Origin: an uncultured Methanomicrobiaceae archaeon
GTDB taxonomy: Archaea; Halobacteriota; Methanomicrobia; Methanomicrobiales; Methanoculleaceae
Assembly (NCBI GenBank): GCA_963826525.1
Contig: CAWGXH010000004.1
Span: 1,088,001-1,152,000 of the forward strand
Direction of reading: 5' to 3'
Length of the DNA stretch: 64,000 bases
The position numbers and the translations under genes are program-made. Positions 41,905 to 52,714 of the stretch are shown here, piece after piece. Every line of letters begins with the position of its first letter. The stretch's first letter is position 1. The notes beneath the pieces were generated by a model. The model did no database searches. It had not been told where the DNA came from and saw only the letters and a program-made list of their open reading frames with translations.

Positions 41905-42589
41905 TCAGTATCCGGCGAGAAGGATTGCCATGATCCTTGATTCCGCACGCCGCAGGTGTTCGATAGCCGTGGCCTTGCTGACCCCGACCTCGTCTGCGAG
42001 CCCGGTGCCGCTGGTCTTCCGCGGATACTCGTAGTATCCGCAGCGTTTCGCGGCAAGGAGCACCCGGCGCTGCCGGTCGGTCAGCATCCCGAGGATATCG
42101 CGGCCGTCGTAGGTCACCGGCTGGAAGCTGACGTTCAGAACCTCCCCGTACGACTCCATCAGGCGGAGGAACTTCTGCAGGTTCTCCTCATCGCCGATGC
42201 AGCTGTAGACGACACGGTCCGGCGATTTTTTGATCGGCGTCGTCCAGATCAGGTCGAGGTCGAACGCCTGCATCTTCTGCCGGAAGAACTCGTCATGGAC
42301 CTGGCCCCGGATAAGGCAGGTATGGATCGCTCCCTGCACCTTGACGACGTGCAGGATCTCCATGACCCCCGGGATGACAATATCCTCGATGGAGTACCCG
42401 TCGGCGACGGTGATCTCGCAGAGAACAAGTTTCAGCCCTTTCTCGAAGTCCACCTTCAGGATCTCGAGGAGCGAGACCGACTCGATCCGCTCGAAAGACG
42501 CGAGTCCACTCCTGCATCTGCTCCTGCAGTTCCGCCGGGGCGTCGGGGATGGTCAGTTGCGGGCGGAGTTCGACGATCAGCTTGCGCAT
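41905..42589 (-). CDS. Bacterio-opsin-activator-type C-terminal HTH regulator (frameshift near 42480)
   Basis: LTDRQRRVL..A...GYYEYPRK....LA...GVSKAT..EHLRRAE. Confidence 0.85.
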
Positions 42590-42766
42590 GATCAGATGAG
42601 GGCGGCGGCGGTATATATTACCCGTACATGTACGGGGCAACGCTCATCTAGCCCGGCACCGAACTACTCCGTATGCGAAAGGATGAGGCCGCCCGCCCTC
42701 TCCGGTTTGCAAAAGGCTATCAGGCGATATGACATGGTGAAGGTTAGGAATACAGAGTGTGATCCG

Positions 42767-43936
42767 ATGAACGACCTGACGGGAATAATGACTATCCGGG
42801 ACGGCAGGCGAGCCCGGATGGCGGTTTTATGTATTGTCTGCGCCGCTCTTCTGCTGGCCGTCCCCGCGTGTGCGGGACCTGCGGACGTGACGGTGACATC
42901 CTTTACCCTTGACCCGCCGGTGCTGATGCGGGGGGATGAGGGTATTCTCACCGTAACCGTGCAGAATACCGGGCCTGATGCCGTGGCCATCAGCCACGCC
43001 CGCCTCTACGCCGACAAGGTTGTGGTGCTGAGCGACCCCTACCCCTCGGTCGGGGATATCGGTGCCGGGAACGCCAAACAGTTCGCCTTCACCGTCCGGG
43101 CGGACGCCCCCGACGGCACCTACTACCCGAAGTTCGTCCTCGAGTTCAGGGACGACGGCAGCCTCCGCTACCCGATACCGGTTCGGGTGGAGAGCACCGG
43201 GGTGCAGGCGGCGGTGGCTGCAGAGCCCGATACCTTCTCTGAAGGACGGGAGGCCGATGTAGCGGTGCAGGTAGGCAACCCCCGTTCGACCGCGGTGACC
43301 GGCGTCCGGATCGTTCCCGAAGGAACCGGCTTTACGGCGGTTCCCTCGAGCGCGTTTATCGGCACGCTCGAGCCCGACGGGGCTGCACGGGTGCTCTTCA
43401 ACATCACCCCGCAGGAGCCGACGAACCTCACGTTCCGCGTGTTCTACCGGAACGGGCAGAACGCTCACGAGACCGTGCTGACGCTTCCGGTCGCCTTCGG
43501 GAGCGATAAGCGGCGTGCCGACCCTGTCCTGACGAATATCGAGGTGCTACAGGAGGGAAGCATCTACCGCGTCACCGGGGACGTGACCAATGCCGGCCTC
43601 GAGTCGGCACGGTCGGTGATCATCACGAGCGCCGACCCGGCCGTACCGACCGATCCGTACCGGGTCTACGTCGTCGGGACGCTCGATCCCGATGACTTCT
43701 CGAGTTTCGAGGTAACCTTCGGCACGATTGGCAACGTCTCGGAGGTGCCGCTGGTCGTCGAGTACCGTGACGAAGACGGCAACCTCTACACCGCGAGAAG
43801 CACGATCGCGCTCGAAAACAGCACGGCGACGGCGGGGGAGGGAGGCTCGCCGGTCGTTCCGATAGCGATCGTCGCGGTGGTGCTGATCGTGGCCGCCGGC
43901 GCGGGGTACTACCTCCTCCGGCGGAGACGCGGATGA
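42767..43936 (+). CDS. COG1361 S-layer-domain protein with TM anchor
   Basis: VGDIGAG, FIGTLEPD, YVVGTLDPDDFSSFEV, C-terminal TM plus RRRRG. Confidence 0.85.
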   Translation: MNDLTGIMTIRDGRRARMAVLCIVCAALLLAVPACAGPADVTVTSFTLDPPVLMRGDEGILTVTVQNTGPDAVAISHARLYADKVVVLSDPYPSVGDIGAGNAKQFAFTVRADAPDGTYYPKFVLEFRDDGSLRYPIPVRVESTGVQAAVAAEPDTFSEGREADVAVQVGNPRSTAVTGVRIVPEGTGFTAVPSSAFIGTLEPDGAARVLFNITPQEPTNLTFRVFYRNGQNAHETVLTLPVAFGSDKRRADPVLTNIEVLQEGSIYRVTGDVTNAGLESARSVIITSADPAVPTDPYRVYVVGTLDPDDFSSFEVTFGTIGNVSEVPLVVEYRDEDGNLYTARSTIALENSTATAGEGGSPVVPIAIVAVVLIVAAGAGYYLLRRRRG

Positions 43937-44607
43937 ACGGCGAACCCGTCATCAGGTTCGACGACGTCTCGAAGATATACCCGCTTCCCGGCGGCGACGT
44001 CGTCGCACTCGACCACGTCTCCCTCACCGTGGAGCCCGGCGAGTTCATTGCCATCATGGGGCCGTCCGGGTCGGGGAAGTCGACGCTCCTCAACCTGATG
44101 GGCTGCCTCGATGTCCCCACTCACGGCAGGATCTACATCAACGGCGAGGAGATCAGCCGCATGAGCGACGACGAGCTCACCCGGCTCCGGCGAAACCACA
44201 TCGGGTTCATCTTCCAGCAGTTCAATCTCATTCCGCTCCTCTCCGCCTTCGAGAACGTCGAGTTCCCGATCATCCTTACCGAGAACCGGAGCGAGAGCCG
44301 GGAGCGGGCGCTCCAGGTACTCCGGTCGATGGACCTTGAAGAGGGGCTTTTTGCCCATAAACCGAGCGAGCTCTCGGGCGGCCAGCAGCAGCGAGTGGCG
44401 ATAGCCCGGGCGCTCGTCAACGACCCCGAACTCCTGCTCTGCGACGAGCCGACCGGCAACCTCGATTCGAAGACCGGGACCGCCATCATGGATCTCCTCC
44501 GCAGTATGAACGCCGAAGGCAAGACCATCGTCATGGTCACCCACGACCCGAAGGTCGCCGGGTACGCTCACCGCCATATTCAGATCGTGGACGGCAGACT
44601 GGTATGA
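43933..44607 (+). CDS. ABC transporter ATP-binding protein, LolD/MacB type
   Basis: GPSGSGKST, LSGGQQQRVAIARAL, DEPTGNLD, VTHD. Confidence 0.95.
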   Translation: MNGEPVIRFDDVSKIYPLPGGDVVALDHVSLTVEPGEFIAIMGPSGSGKSTLLNLMGCLDVPTHGRIYINGEEISRMSDDELTRLRRNHIGFIFQQFNLIPLLSAFENVEFPIILTENRSESRERALQVLRSMDLEEGLFAHKPSELSGGQQQRVAIARALVNDPELLLCDEPTGNLDSKTGTAIMDLLRSMNAEGKTIVMVTHDPKVAGYAHRHIQIVDGRLV

Positions 44608-45806
44608 TATTCTTCAATTTCGCGGCCAGGAACCTCCGAAGGCACTGGGTACGCTCCTCCCTCTCGATCATCGGGATCGTCATCGGTGTGATTGCGATAG
44701 CCTCCCTCGGGATCATGGGCAACAGCATCAACCTCCTCGTGGCAAACCTCATCACCGACGTCGGGGATACCGTCGTGATCACGCCGCACACCGCCGTCGG
44801 CGACACCTTTGCCGGCGACCCTCGAACGGCGGTCGACGTCTCCATCCCCGCCCGCCAGGTGGACGAGATCAGGCGGGTGACAAGCCCGCAACGGGTGATC
44901 CCGGTGTTGCAGGGCGCGGACGAGGTGGCGTTCGGCGGCGGCGAGAGCGGGTATGCCCAGATTCTCGGGCTTGACGCTGGGGACATCCCGGTCCTGCTCG
45001 ATATCGAAGACGGGCAGTACCCGCGGCAGAACCAGCCGGGAGCGCTCGTCGGGACGTACCTTGCGGATGAATATGACATCGCGCCCGGCGCCCGGATCAC
45101 GATCGGCGGCGAGGAGATCCGGGTGGCGGGGCTGCTCGCCGAGCGGGGATTTGCCGCCGACATCAACCCCGACTACGCGATCGTCGTGCCGTCCGACTGG
45201 TACCAGGGCCACTTCGGCACTGGGGACGAGTACTCGATGGTGATCATCCGGGTCGGCGACGTCGCCGAGATCGATACCGTGAAGAATGCCGTGGACGACC
45301 AGCTCAACCGGCACGAGAAGACGGTCGACATCTTCGACTCCCGGGAGTCTCTAAAACAGTACGAGGATATCTACCAGCAGATAACGACGTTCCTCGTCGG
45401 CATCGGGGGGATCTCCCTCCTCGTCGCCGCCGTGAACATCTTGAACGTCATGTACATATCGGTGACCGAACGCATCCATGAGATCGGCATCATGCGGAGC
45501 ATCGGCGTCCTGCGGCGCGAAGTGCTCGTGATGTTCCTGTACGAGGCTGCAATCCTCGGCGTTATCGGGAGCGTCATCGGCGGCACCTTCAGCACCGTCG
45601 GCGGCTACTTCATCAGCGTCGCCGCGATCGAGGTTTTCACCGCCGGAACCACCTTCGGGGAGAACTTCACGGTCTTTAACCTGACCGCCGTGGGGTTCAT
45701 CGTCGGCGGAATGCTCTTCGGGATCGCAACGAGTATCGTGGCCGGGTTCTACCCCGCCTGGAAGGCTGCACAGCAGCTGCCGATAGAGGCGATGCGCCAT
45801 GACTGA
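44604..45806 (+). CDS. ABC permease, MacB/FtsX (SalY) family
   Basis: NLRRHWVRS.LSIIGIVIGV, SVTERIHEIGIMRSIG, YPAWKAA. Confidence 0.92.
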   Translation: MIFFNFAARNLRRHWVRSSLSIIGIVIGVIAIASLGIMGNSINLLVANLITDVGDTVVITPHTAVGDTFAGDPRTAVDVSIPARQVDEIRRVTSPQRVIPVLQGADEVAFGGGESGYAQILGLDAGDIPVLLDIEDGQYPRQNQPGALVGTYLADEYDIAPGARITIGGEEIRVAGLLAERGFAADINPDYAIVVPSDWYQGHFGTGDEYSMVIIRVGDVAEIDTVKNAVDDQLNRHEKTVDIFDSRESLKQYEDIYQQITTFLVGIGGISLLVAAVNILNVMYISVTERIHEIGIMRSIGVLRREVLVMFLYEAAILGVIGSVIGGTFSTVGGYFISVAAIEVFTAGTTFGENFTVFNLTAVGFIVGGMLFGIATSIVAGFYPAWKAAQQLPIEAMRHD

Positions 45807-47011
45807 CGGCCATCGGGCGATCCTCTATAGCCTCGCGGTGCGGAACCTCGAGCGGCATAAAGTCCGCTCGGGCCTCGCCACGATCGGGATCATCATCGGC
45901 GTGATTGCGGTCGCCTCCCTCGGGATCATGGGCACCAGCCTCTCGGCGCTCGTCGGCGGGCTGGTCTCGGACGTGAGCGATACCGTGCTCGTCACCCCCC
46001 ACCTCGCGGCATCCAGCGGCGACCCGTTCGACCCCAGGAACACGCTCGCCTCACGGATCTCGGACCGGGACGTGGCGCTGATAGAGCAGGCCGCCGGGCA
46101 GAACCGCGTCATTCCCATGATCCGGACCGCGGAACGGATAACGGTTGGCGATGAGGGCGGGTATACCCCGGTGTACGTGCTGCAGGCGGACGATATTCCC
46201 TTCCTGCTCGAGAAAGAGTCCGGGCTCTACCCGCAGACGACATCGTCGGGCGTGATGGTGGGCTCGCTCCTTGCCGATGAGTTCGACCTGCATTCGGGAA
46301 GCCGGATCGAGGTCGGCAATGAGAGCGTCCGCGTCGTCGGCATTGCCGCCGAGCGGGGGATGGGGATCGATATCAATCCCGATTACGCCGTCATCGTCAC
46401 CGATGCGTGGTATGCCGAGCGGCACGGCGAGCAGGAGTACAGTCAGGTCGTGGTGAAGGTTGCCGACCTTGACGAGGTCGAGGGGGTGAAGGCCGCCATC
46501 GAACGGCAGCTCAACCGCAGGGAAGAGACGGTGGACGTCCTTGACTCGCGCGAGATTCTGGAGATCTACTACCAGACCTTCGACGCCATCAACGTCTTTC
46601 TCCTCGGCATCGGTGCGGTATCCCTCTTCGTCGCCAGCGTCTCCATCCTCAACGTGATGATCATCTCCGTCACCGAGCGGACGCGGGAGATCGGGCTGAT
46701 GCGGAGCATCGGCGCCGAGAGGCGGGAGGTGATGGCCATGTTCCTCTATGAAGCGCTGGTCACTCGGTATCGCGGGAAGTATCATCGGCGGGCTCGTCAG
46801 CGCCGTCGTCGGGTTCTACGTCAGCGCATCGGTCGCTGAGTTCCTGACCGGGTACGTCGCGACGGACGGGGTGGCCGCCTTAAGCCCCGCCGCATTCGGG
46901 TACATCGTCTTCGGCATCCTCTTCGGCATCGCGGCAAGCGTCATTGCCGGCCTGTACCCCGCCTGGAAAGCGGCACAGCTCAATCCGATAGACGCACTCC
47001 GCTACGAGTGA
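45799..47011 (+). CDS. ABC permease, MacB/FtsX family (frameshift near 46762)
   Basis: SVTERTREIGLMRSIG; YPAWKAAQLNPIDALRYE. Confidence 0.9.
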
Positions 47012-47065
47012 TCGGCGGCGGAAAGGGTTATCTCTCCGCCCGTCCCCTCACCTTCCGGAGGCTCC

Positions 47066-48247
47066 ATGATCTTCTTCGATTTCGCCCGGCGAAATATCAG
47101 GCTCCACTGGTTCCGCTCGGTTCTTGCGGTCATCGGGATCGTCATAGGTGTGATCGCGATCGCGTCGCTCGGGATCTTGAGTAACAGCCTCGTCCTCTCG
47201 ATCACGGAGACGATCTCCGACGTCGGGGATACCGTCATCGTCACCCCGCACGCCGGCACAGCCGCCCAAGGCGGGCCGGGAGCTCCCGGCGGCGGCATCA
47301 CGAGCAATACCCTCTCCGACCAGCAGGTCGAGCAGATACGGCGGGCGGTGGGGCAGAACACGGTGATCCCCCTCTCGCAGGGGGGCGACCGGATCGTCGT
47401 CGGCGGCGAGACCGGGGCGGCGGTGATCTATGCCATGCCGGTCGAGGATATGCCGGTTCTCCTCGACCTCACGGACGGGATCTATCCGCGGAGCAGCTCC
47501 GGTGCGCTTGCCGGGAGCGTCCTTGCGGAGGAATTCGGTCTCGAACCGGGGAGCCGCGTCCAGGTCGGGAGCAACGCCTCGAATAACATCCGCGTCGTCG
47601 GGATCATCGCCGAAAGGGGTGTCGGGTTCGATATCAACCCCGATTCTGCCCTGATCGTCCCTGAGACCTGGTACAGCGAAACCTACGGTGAGGAGGGCTA
47701 CGACCAGGTTATCGTCAAAGTCCGCGACGTGAACGATATCGACGAGGTGAAATCGGCGATCGAGGCGGCGCTCAACCGGCGGGAGACGGTGGTCGACGTG
47801 ATGGATACGAGGATGATCCTCGAAAGCCTCTTTCAGGCCTTCGATCAGATCACGGTCTTTACCCTTGCCATCGGGAGCATCTCGCTCGTCGTCGCCGGCG
47901 TCTCCATCTTAAACGTCATGATGATGTCGGTATCGGAACGGACGCGGGAGATCGGGGTGATGCGGAGCATCGGCACCCGGCAGCGGGACGTGCTCAAGAT
48001 GTTCCTCTACGAAGCGCTGATCCTTGGTATCATCGGCAGCATCGTCGGCGGGGTGATGAGCGTCGGGACGGGGTATCTGGTGAACGCCATCGTCCTCCAG
48101 CGCCCGGAGTTCCTCTTCGTCCCGTCGAGCCTCGTCTATATCCTCTACGGCATGCTCTTCGGTGTCGTGACGAGCGTCCTTGCCGGCATCTACCCGGCGT
48201 GGAGGGCGTCGCGGTTGAACCCGATCGAGGCGCTCAGGTTCGAGTGA
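47066..48247 (+). CDS. ABC permease, MacB/FtsX family
   Basis: SVSERTREIGVMRSIG; YPAWRASRLNPIEALRFE. Confidence 0.92.
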   Translation: MIFFDFARRNIRLHWFRSVLAVIGIVIGVIAIASLGILSNSLVLSITETISDVGDTVIVTPHAGTAAQGGPGAPGGGITSNTLSDQQVEQIRRAVGQNTVIPLSQGGDRIVVGGETGAAVIYAMPVEDMPVLLDLTDGIYPRSSSGALAGSVLAEEFGLEPGSRVQVGSNASNNIRVVGIIAERGVGFDINPDSALIVPETWYSETYGEEGYDQVIVKVRDVNDIDEVKSAIEAALNRRETVVDVMDTRMILESLFQAFDQITVFTLAIGSISLVVAGVSILNVMMMSVSERTREIGVMRSIGTRQRDVLKMFLYEALILGIIGSIVGGVMSVGTGYLVNAIVLQRPEFLFVPSSLVYILYGMLFGVVTSVLAGIYPAWRASRLNPIEALRFE

Positions 48248-48660
48248 CCCGGCGGATACCGGAGGGAATGATTCTTCGTCACGGAGCACCTACTCCTGTT
48301 GCAGAGTTGCCCGCATGAGCGATGAAATCTGTTCGGTATGTGGAAAGAGGGCAATCGGGTGCCAGATACTCGGCTGCTGCGGTGCAAACGTCTGCGAGGA
48401 GCACGCTGACCCGATGCTCCGCGATCTTTCCCCCGGAGAGAGGCGGCACTCCGGTGCCTGCTACTTCGTCAGGTTTTCCGGGTGATGCCCGGGCTTACGG
48501 TCGTTCGGTTCCCCGGTATGGGGAGTCCCGCCCGCCCGATGCGCACGAACCTTTTTATCCGAGATGGGATGATATTTCCTTTCGTCCAGACCAACCATAT
48601 ACAACCATATATAATCTCAATTGGGTTGGATACAATCAAGGGAACGTGTGTGTTGCGAAA

Positions 48661-49821
48661 ATGTTGCAGATGATTACCTGGCTCAATGAGGCCTTCGGCA
48701 CCGTTAAACCGACGCGTGCGACGATAATGCGGGCGCTCCGCCATCTCCGCCCCGCGGATCGGCAGAAGCTCTTCTCCGAGGATATTCCCCAGATGCGAAC
48801 CGCCGAAGGGCGGTGGTTCGAGGCGATCGTCTACGAGATGATCCTCGACCTCTCAATGCAGTCGAACCTTATCCGGTCGGTGGTGAAGCGTGGAGCCGAT
48901 GCACCGGGAAAATCGAAACGTGCCCAGCTCGGTCAGAACGGTATTTTTTACTCGAACATCGGCGACATCAAGATCCGGGGGAACGGGCAGGACCTCGCCG
49001 AGGTCGACCTGGTGCTCGTCGACCATACCGGGGCGTTCGCGTTCGGGGAGATTATAACCTCCCCGGCAGACTTGAAGGAACTCGAGGAGGAGATCCATTA
49101 TAAGAAACGTCTCTTCGGCTACCTCTACGGCCAGGCCAACGTGCCGTTCCTGCTGATCTCCTCCGTCGATATCTCCCGCACCGCCGTGGTGCGGCGGCTC
49201 ATGAAGGAGCCTGATAACGTCCTTCTGACCACCCCGACCTGCGAGGATCTCAAGGCACTTATCAAACCGCGTGATCTCCGGAAGGTTCCGTCAAAGCAGC
49301 AGGTTAAAAACCCGAAGATGATCTCGATCAGCGAGATCGAACCGCGCCGACCGTTCGACTACAAGGAGCTGCACGACGAACGGCTCCAGAGCATCGTCGA
49401 GGCCGTGACCGGGAACGGCGGTATCGAAGCGCTCAGAAGACGCGATGAGATCCCCCCTATCGTCAAGAAGATCCTCTTTGGGGGACTGTACCCCTCCGCC
49501 GTCAAGATGCTCGACCAGCACCATCCGATCCGCATCAAGGGAAAAGGCTACGATCCCGATGCGATCGCGAAACAGTTCTCAAAAGTCATCCTGGCGGTCA
49601 ATCTCCCGGAGTACAAGCCGATCATCTACCTGCGGGCGAAAGACAGACGGGAGTATCTCAAGATGGTGCCGGACAGGTCGGGCGGGTTCAAGTTCGAGAG
49701 CCGCCGCACGCCGCATATGGCCGGGTTCTTCCTCTGGCTCGAGTCCACCCGCCCGACGCTCGGGGCGGAGCTGACAAAGTCGCTCCTCGACACCTTCGCC
49801 GTCATGCAGAAGACGCCCTGA
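48661..49821 (+). CDS. Hypothetical protein, possible PD-(D/E)xK-fold domain
   Basis: EGRWFEAIVYE...AEVDLVLVD...AFGEII. Confidence 0.6.
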   Translation: MLQMITWLNEAFGTVKPTRATIMRALRHLRPADRQKLFSEDIPQMRTAEGRWFEAIVYEMILDLSMQSNLIRSVVKRGADAPGKSKRAQLGQNGIFYSNIGDIKIRGNGQDLAEVDLVLVDHTGAFAFGEIITSPADLKELEEEIHYKKRLFGYLYGQANVPFLLISSVDISRTAVVRRLMKEPDNVLLTTPTCEDLKALIKPRDLRKVPSKQQVKNPKMISISEIEPRRPFDYKELHDERLQSIVEAVTGNGGIEALRRRDEIPPIVKKILFGGLYPSAVKMLDQHHPIRIKGKGYDPDAIAKQFSKVILAVNLPEYKPIIYLRAKDRREYLKMVPDRSGGFKFESRRTPHMAGFFLWLESTRPTLGAELTKSLLDTFAVMQKTP

Positions 49822-49953
49822 TCCTCTTCTCCCTTCCCCCATTCGGTCTATCCGCCCGGTAAAACCGCATGATACTTATAACACCCCGTAGCAGTATCGA
49901 TACTATCGCGACCAGAGCGCCCCGGGGTGCTGCAGGTCCGGTGAGGAGAAGGT

Positions 49954-50592
49954 ATGGTAGCGATACCCGGAACGGAAGGACTGGTCGAGTTCGCCCTCGT
50001 GGCCATCGCTTCGGTTATTGCTGTCATGAACCCGGCATCGACGACGGCGGTATCGACGGCGCTCATGGAGGATATGCGCCAGCCCGAGCGCCGGATGGTG
50101 ATCCTCGAGTCGATAAAGATCTCGCTTATCGTGCTGCTCTTCTTCGCGTTCACGGGAGGGCTTCTCTTCTCCGTCTTCTCGATCACCGTCCCGGCGTTCC
50201 GGATTGCGGGCGGCATCCTGCTGCTGACGACGGCGATGGGGATGCTGAAACCGAGGCCGGAGACCTACTCTCACGAGGAGCTCGAGAACATCGCCGTCGT
50301 TCCGCTGGCGTTCCCGCTCACCTGCGGTGCCGGCACGATCACGACGGTCATCCTGCTCGCCTCCGAAGCGGTAGGCCCGCTTCAGCTCGCGGCGGTTATC
50401 GGAGCGATCCTCGTCGCCCTTGCCCTCTCCTACGTGGGGATGCTGTACGGGCCGCAGATATTCCGGGTCATCGGGCAGGAAGGTCTTGCCGTCATCCCGA
50501 AACTGATGGCGATCATCGTCCTCGCGCTTGCGGTGCAGTTCATCATCACCGGGATTGCCGAGGCGCTGCCGCAGATCGTGAGCAATCTGTGA
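49954..50592 (+). CDS. MarC family membrane protein
   Basis: VMNP, FRIAGGILL, IAVVPLAFPL..GAG.I. Confidence 0.92.
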   Translation: MVAIPGTEGLVEFALVAIASVIAVMNPASTTAVSTALMEDMRQPERRMVILESIKISLIVLLFFAFTGGLLFSVFSITVPAFRIAGGILLLTTAMGMLKPRPETYSHEELENIAVVPLAFPLTCGAGTITTVILLASEAVGPLQLAAVIGAILVALALSYVGMLYGPQIFRVIGQEGLAVIPKLMAIIVLALAVQFIITGIAEALPQIVSNL

Positions 50593-50616
50593 CCGGAAGG
50601 GGAAGAGAGGCTGTGC

Positions 50617-51603
50617 ATGGATCTGCAGATTACCGTCATCCTGATGCTCCAGAGCCTCTCTCCCTGGCTCGACGCACCCATGCGCCTCTTCTCGCTCCTC
50701 GGCCAGCCCGAGTTCTACCTGCTGATCATCCCCCTCTTCTACTGGTGCCGCGACCCCCGCCTCGGTTTCCGCCTCGGCATCCTCCTCGCGCTCAGCGTGG
50801 GATTGAACGATATCCTAAAGACGGTATTTCACATGCCCCGGCCGTACTGGGTCAGTCCCGAGGTTGCGGCGCTGAACACCTACCCCTCCTTCGGCCTTCC
50901 GTCGGGGCACGCTCAGGGAGCCGTCACGTTCTGGGGATATCTCGCCGTCAGTCTTCGGCGGCGGTGGTTCTCGCTCCTCGCCGCCGTCCTGATCATTCTC
51001 GTCGGGGTGTCGCGGGTCTACGAGGGAGTGCACTACCCGATGGATGTCGTGGCAGGATGGCTGGTCGGCCTCGTCGTCCTCGTCGTCTTCCTCCGCCTCG
51101 AAGGGCCGGTCGGCGCACGGCTCGCGGGGCTGACGGTTCGGAAGAAAGTGCTGCTGGCTTTTGCAGCATCCCTCACCCTGCTCGCCCTCTCGCAGCTTGC
51201 CCTTGCCAGCCTCGGCGACTGGCAGGTTCCCGCCTCGTGGACGGCCGGGGCACTCGAGCGCTCGGGAGAGGCCATCGATCCGCTCTCCCCCCGGGACGGC
51301 CTTCTCGCGGCAGGCCTGCTCTTCGGGTTTGCGGCAGGCGGCGCAGCCCAGATCCATGCCGGCAGTATGTGCGCCATAGAGCGCCGCCCCGCTCTTCTGC
51401 TCGCACGGTATGCCGTCGGCATGGGTATAGCCGGCGTGATATGGTACCTCTTCGGGCTCGCCATCCCGGGAAGCGAGAGTCTGGCGGCATACATCCTCAT
51501 CTACCTCCGGGCGGCAACGGCCGCCGCCTGGGTCTCGTTCGGCGCTCCCGAACTCTTTGCCCGCATGAACCTGGCCGGGAGCGTGCACGATGATATTCGA
51601 TAG
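50617..51603 (+). CDS. PAP2-family phosphatase
   Basis: K..FHMPRP, PSGHA, SRVYEGVHYPMDV. Confidence 0.92.
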   Translation: MDLQITVILMLQSLSPWLDAPMRLFSLLGQPEFYLLIIPLFYWCRDPRLGFRLGILLALSVGLNDILKTVFHMPRPYWVSPEVAALNTYPSFGLPSGHAQGAVTFWGYLAVSLRRRWFSLLAAVLIILVGVSRVYEGVHYPMDVVAGWLVGLVVLVVFLRLEGPVGARLAGLTVRKKVLLAFAASLTLLALSQLALASLGDWQVPASWTAGALERSGEAIDPLSPRDGLLAAGLLFGFAAGGAAQIHAGSMCAIERRPALLLARYAVGMGIAGVIWYLFGLAIPGSESLAAYILIYLRAATAAAWVSFGAPELFARMNLAGSVHDDIR

Positions 51604-52207
51604 AGACGAGCAGGGGCTTACCGTCCTCGAAGGGATCATCCTTCTGGCCGTCGCGGTGATCGTCACTCTGATGGCAGTACAGCACCTGACCGCACCTCCC
51701 GTCGTTCCCGACGGCATGGTCGTCTCCGCGCTCGCCGAGACGGGTGGGACACTGGTCGTCGTCGGTGACGCCTACGGCTACGCACTCGGAGACGGGAACG
51801 TCGGCGACGCCGTGCTCTCGTGCGACAGCCCTGATCCGGGCAGGATGGGCTCGGTATCCGTGACCGTCGCTCTCCTCGTCGGGGATATGGGGGCAGTCGA
51901 TATGGAGCAGGCGAAGGTGACATTCTCCACGAAGAACGACGTCGAGCTCCTGCGGATGACGAACGGGGTTCCGGTTCGCCCGCAGAACTGGACGATCCTC
52001 CAAAAACTCCACATGATCCCCGGCAAATCCGCGGATGCCGACGCCCTGCTCGAACCCGGCGAGCAGTTCGAGCTCCTGATATATCCATGCCGGTCGCTCG
52101 CACCCTACGACCGGTTTGCCGTCACCATCACCCCCGTAGAGAGCGTCCCGCTCTCGGTTTCCCGCACCGTGCCGCCGCGGATCACCCCGGTGATGGTTCT
52201 CGGGTGA
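51590..52207 (+). CDS. Archaellin/pilin-like protein
   Basis: Class III signal DEQG|LTVLEGIILL; DALLEPGEQFEL...LAPYDRF...RTVP. Confidence 0.75.
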   Translation: MIFDRDEQGLTVLEGIILLAVAVIVTLMAVQHLTAPPVVPDGMVVSALAETGGTLVVVGDAYGYALGDGNVGDAVLSCDSPDPGRMGSVSVTVALLVGDMGAVDMEQAKVTFSTKNDVELLRMTNGVPVRPQNWTILQKLHMIPGKSADADALLEPGEQFELLIYPCRSLAPYDRFAVTITPVESVPLSVSRTVPPRITPVMVLG

Positions 52208-52252
52208 GATTCACCCCACGACATTTTTATACGCGGGCACCTATTCTCGATC

Positions 52253-52714
52253 ATGCTTGTGGAAGGTATCGCGCTCGGCTGGATTCTGATCGTGCTGGGA
52301 GCGGTCTTGCTGCTCGTCGAAGTCGTCCAACCGGGCTTCTTCATCGCCGTCCCCGCAACGGTGCTGGTCATCCTCGGCATCCTCCTGCTGCTCGGCATCG
52401 ATATCTTAAGCTCGGTCCTGGGCCTCATCGTCGGCGTCGTTGCCGCCATTGCTACGGCACTCATCACGGTCTGGGCCTACGGCAGACTGACCCCGGATCG
52501 AATGCCGACGACGATCAGCCGGGACTCCCTGGCGGGAAAGGAAGGGCTGGTCGCGCGGACGGTGGATGAAGAGACGATCGCCGGCAAGGTGATGATCGGG
52601 AGCAGCGAGTGGAGTGCCCGGTCGGTGCACGGCACCATCCCGGTAGGGAAAAGAGTTATCGTCGTACGATCCGAGGGAGTGCATATCGTCGTTAAGGAGA
52701 AGGAGAACGTATGA
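52253..52714 (+). CDS. NfeD family protein
   Basis: TM segments, GKV.IGSSEWSARS, VRSEGVHIVV; upstream of the stomatin gene. Confidence 0.9.
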   Translation: MLVEGIALGWILIVLGAVLLLVEVVQPGFFIAVPATVLVILGILLLLGIDILSSVLGLIVGVVAAIATALITVWAYGRLTPDRMPTTISRDSLAGKEGLVARTVDEETIAGKVMIGSSEWSARSVHGTIPVGKRVIVVRSEGVHIVVKEKENV

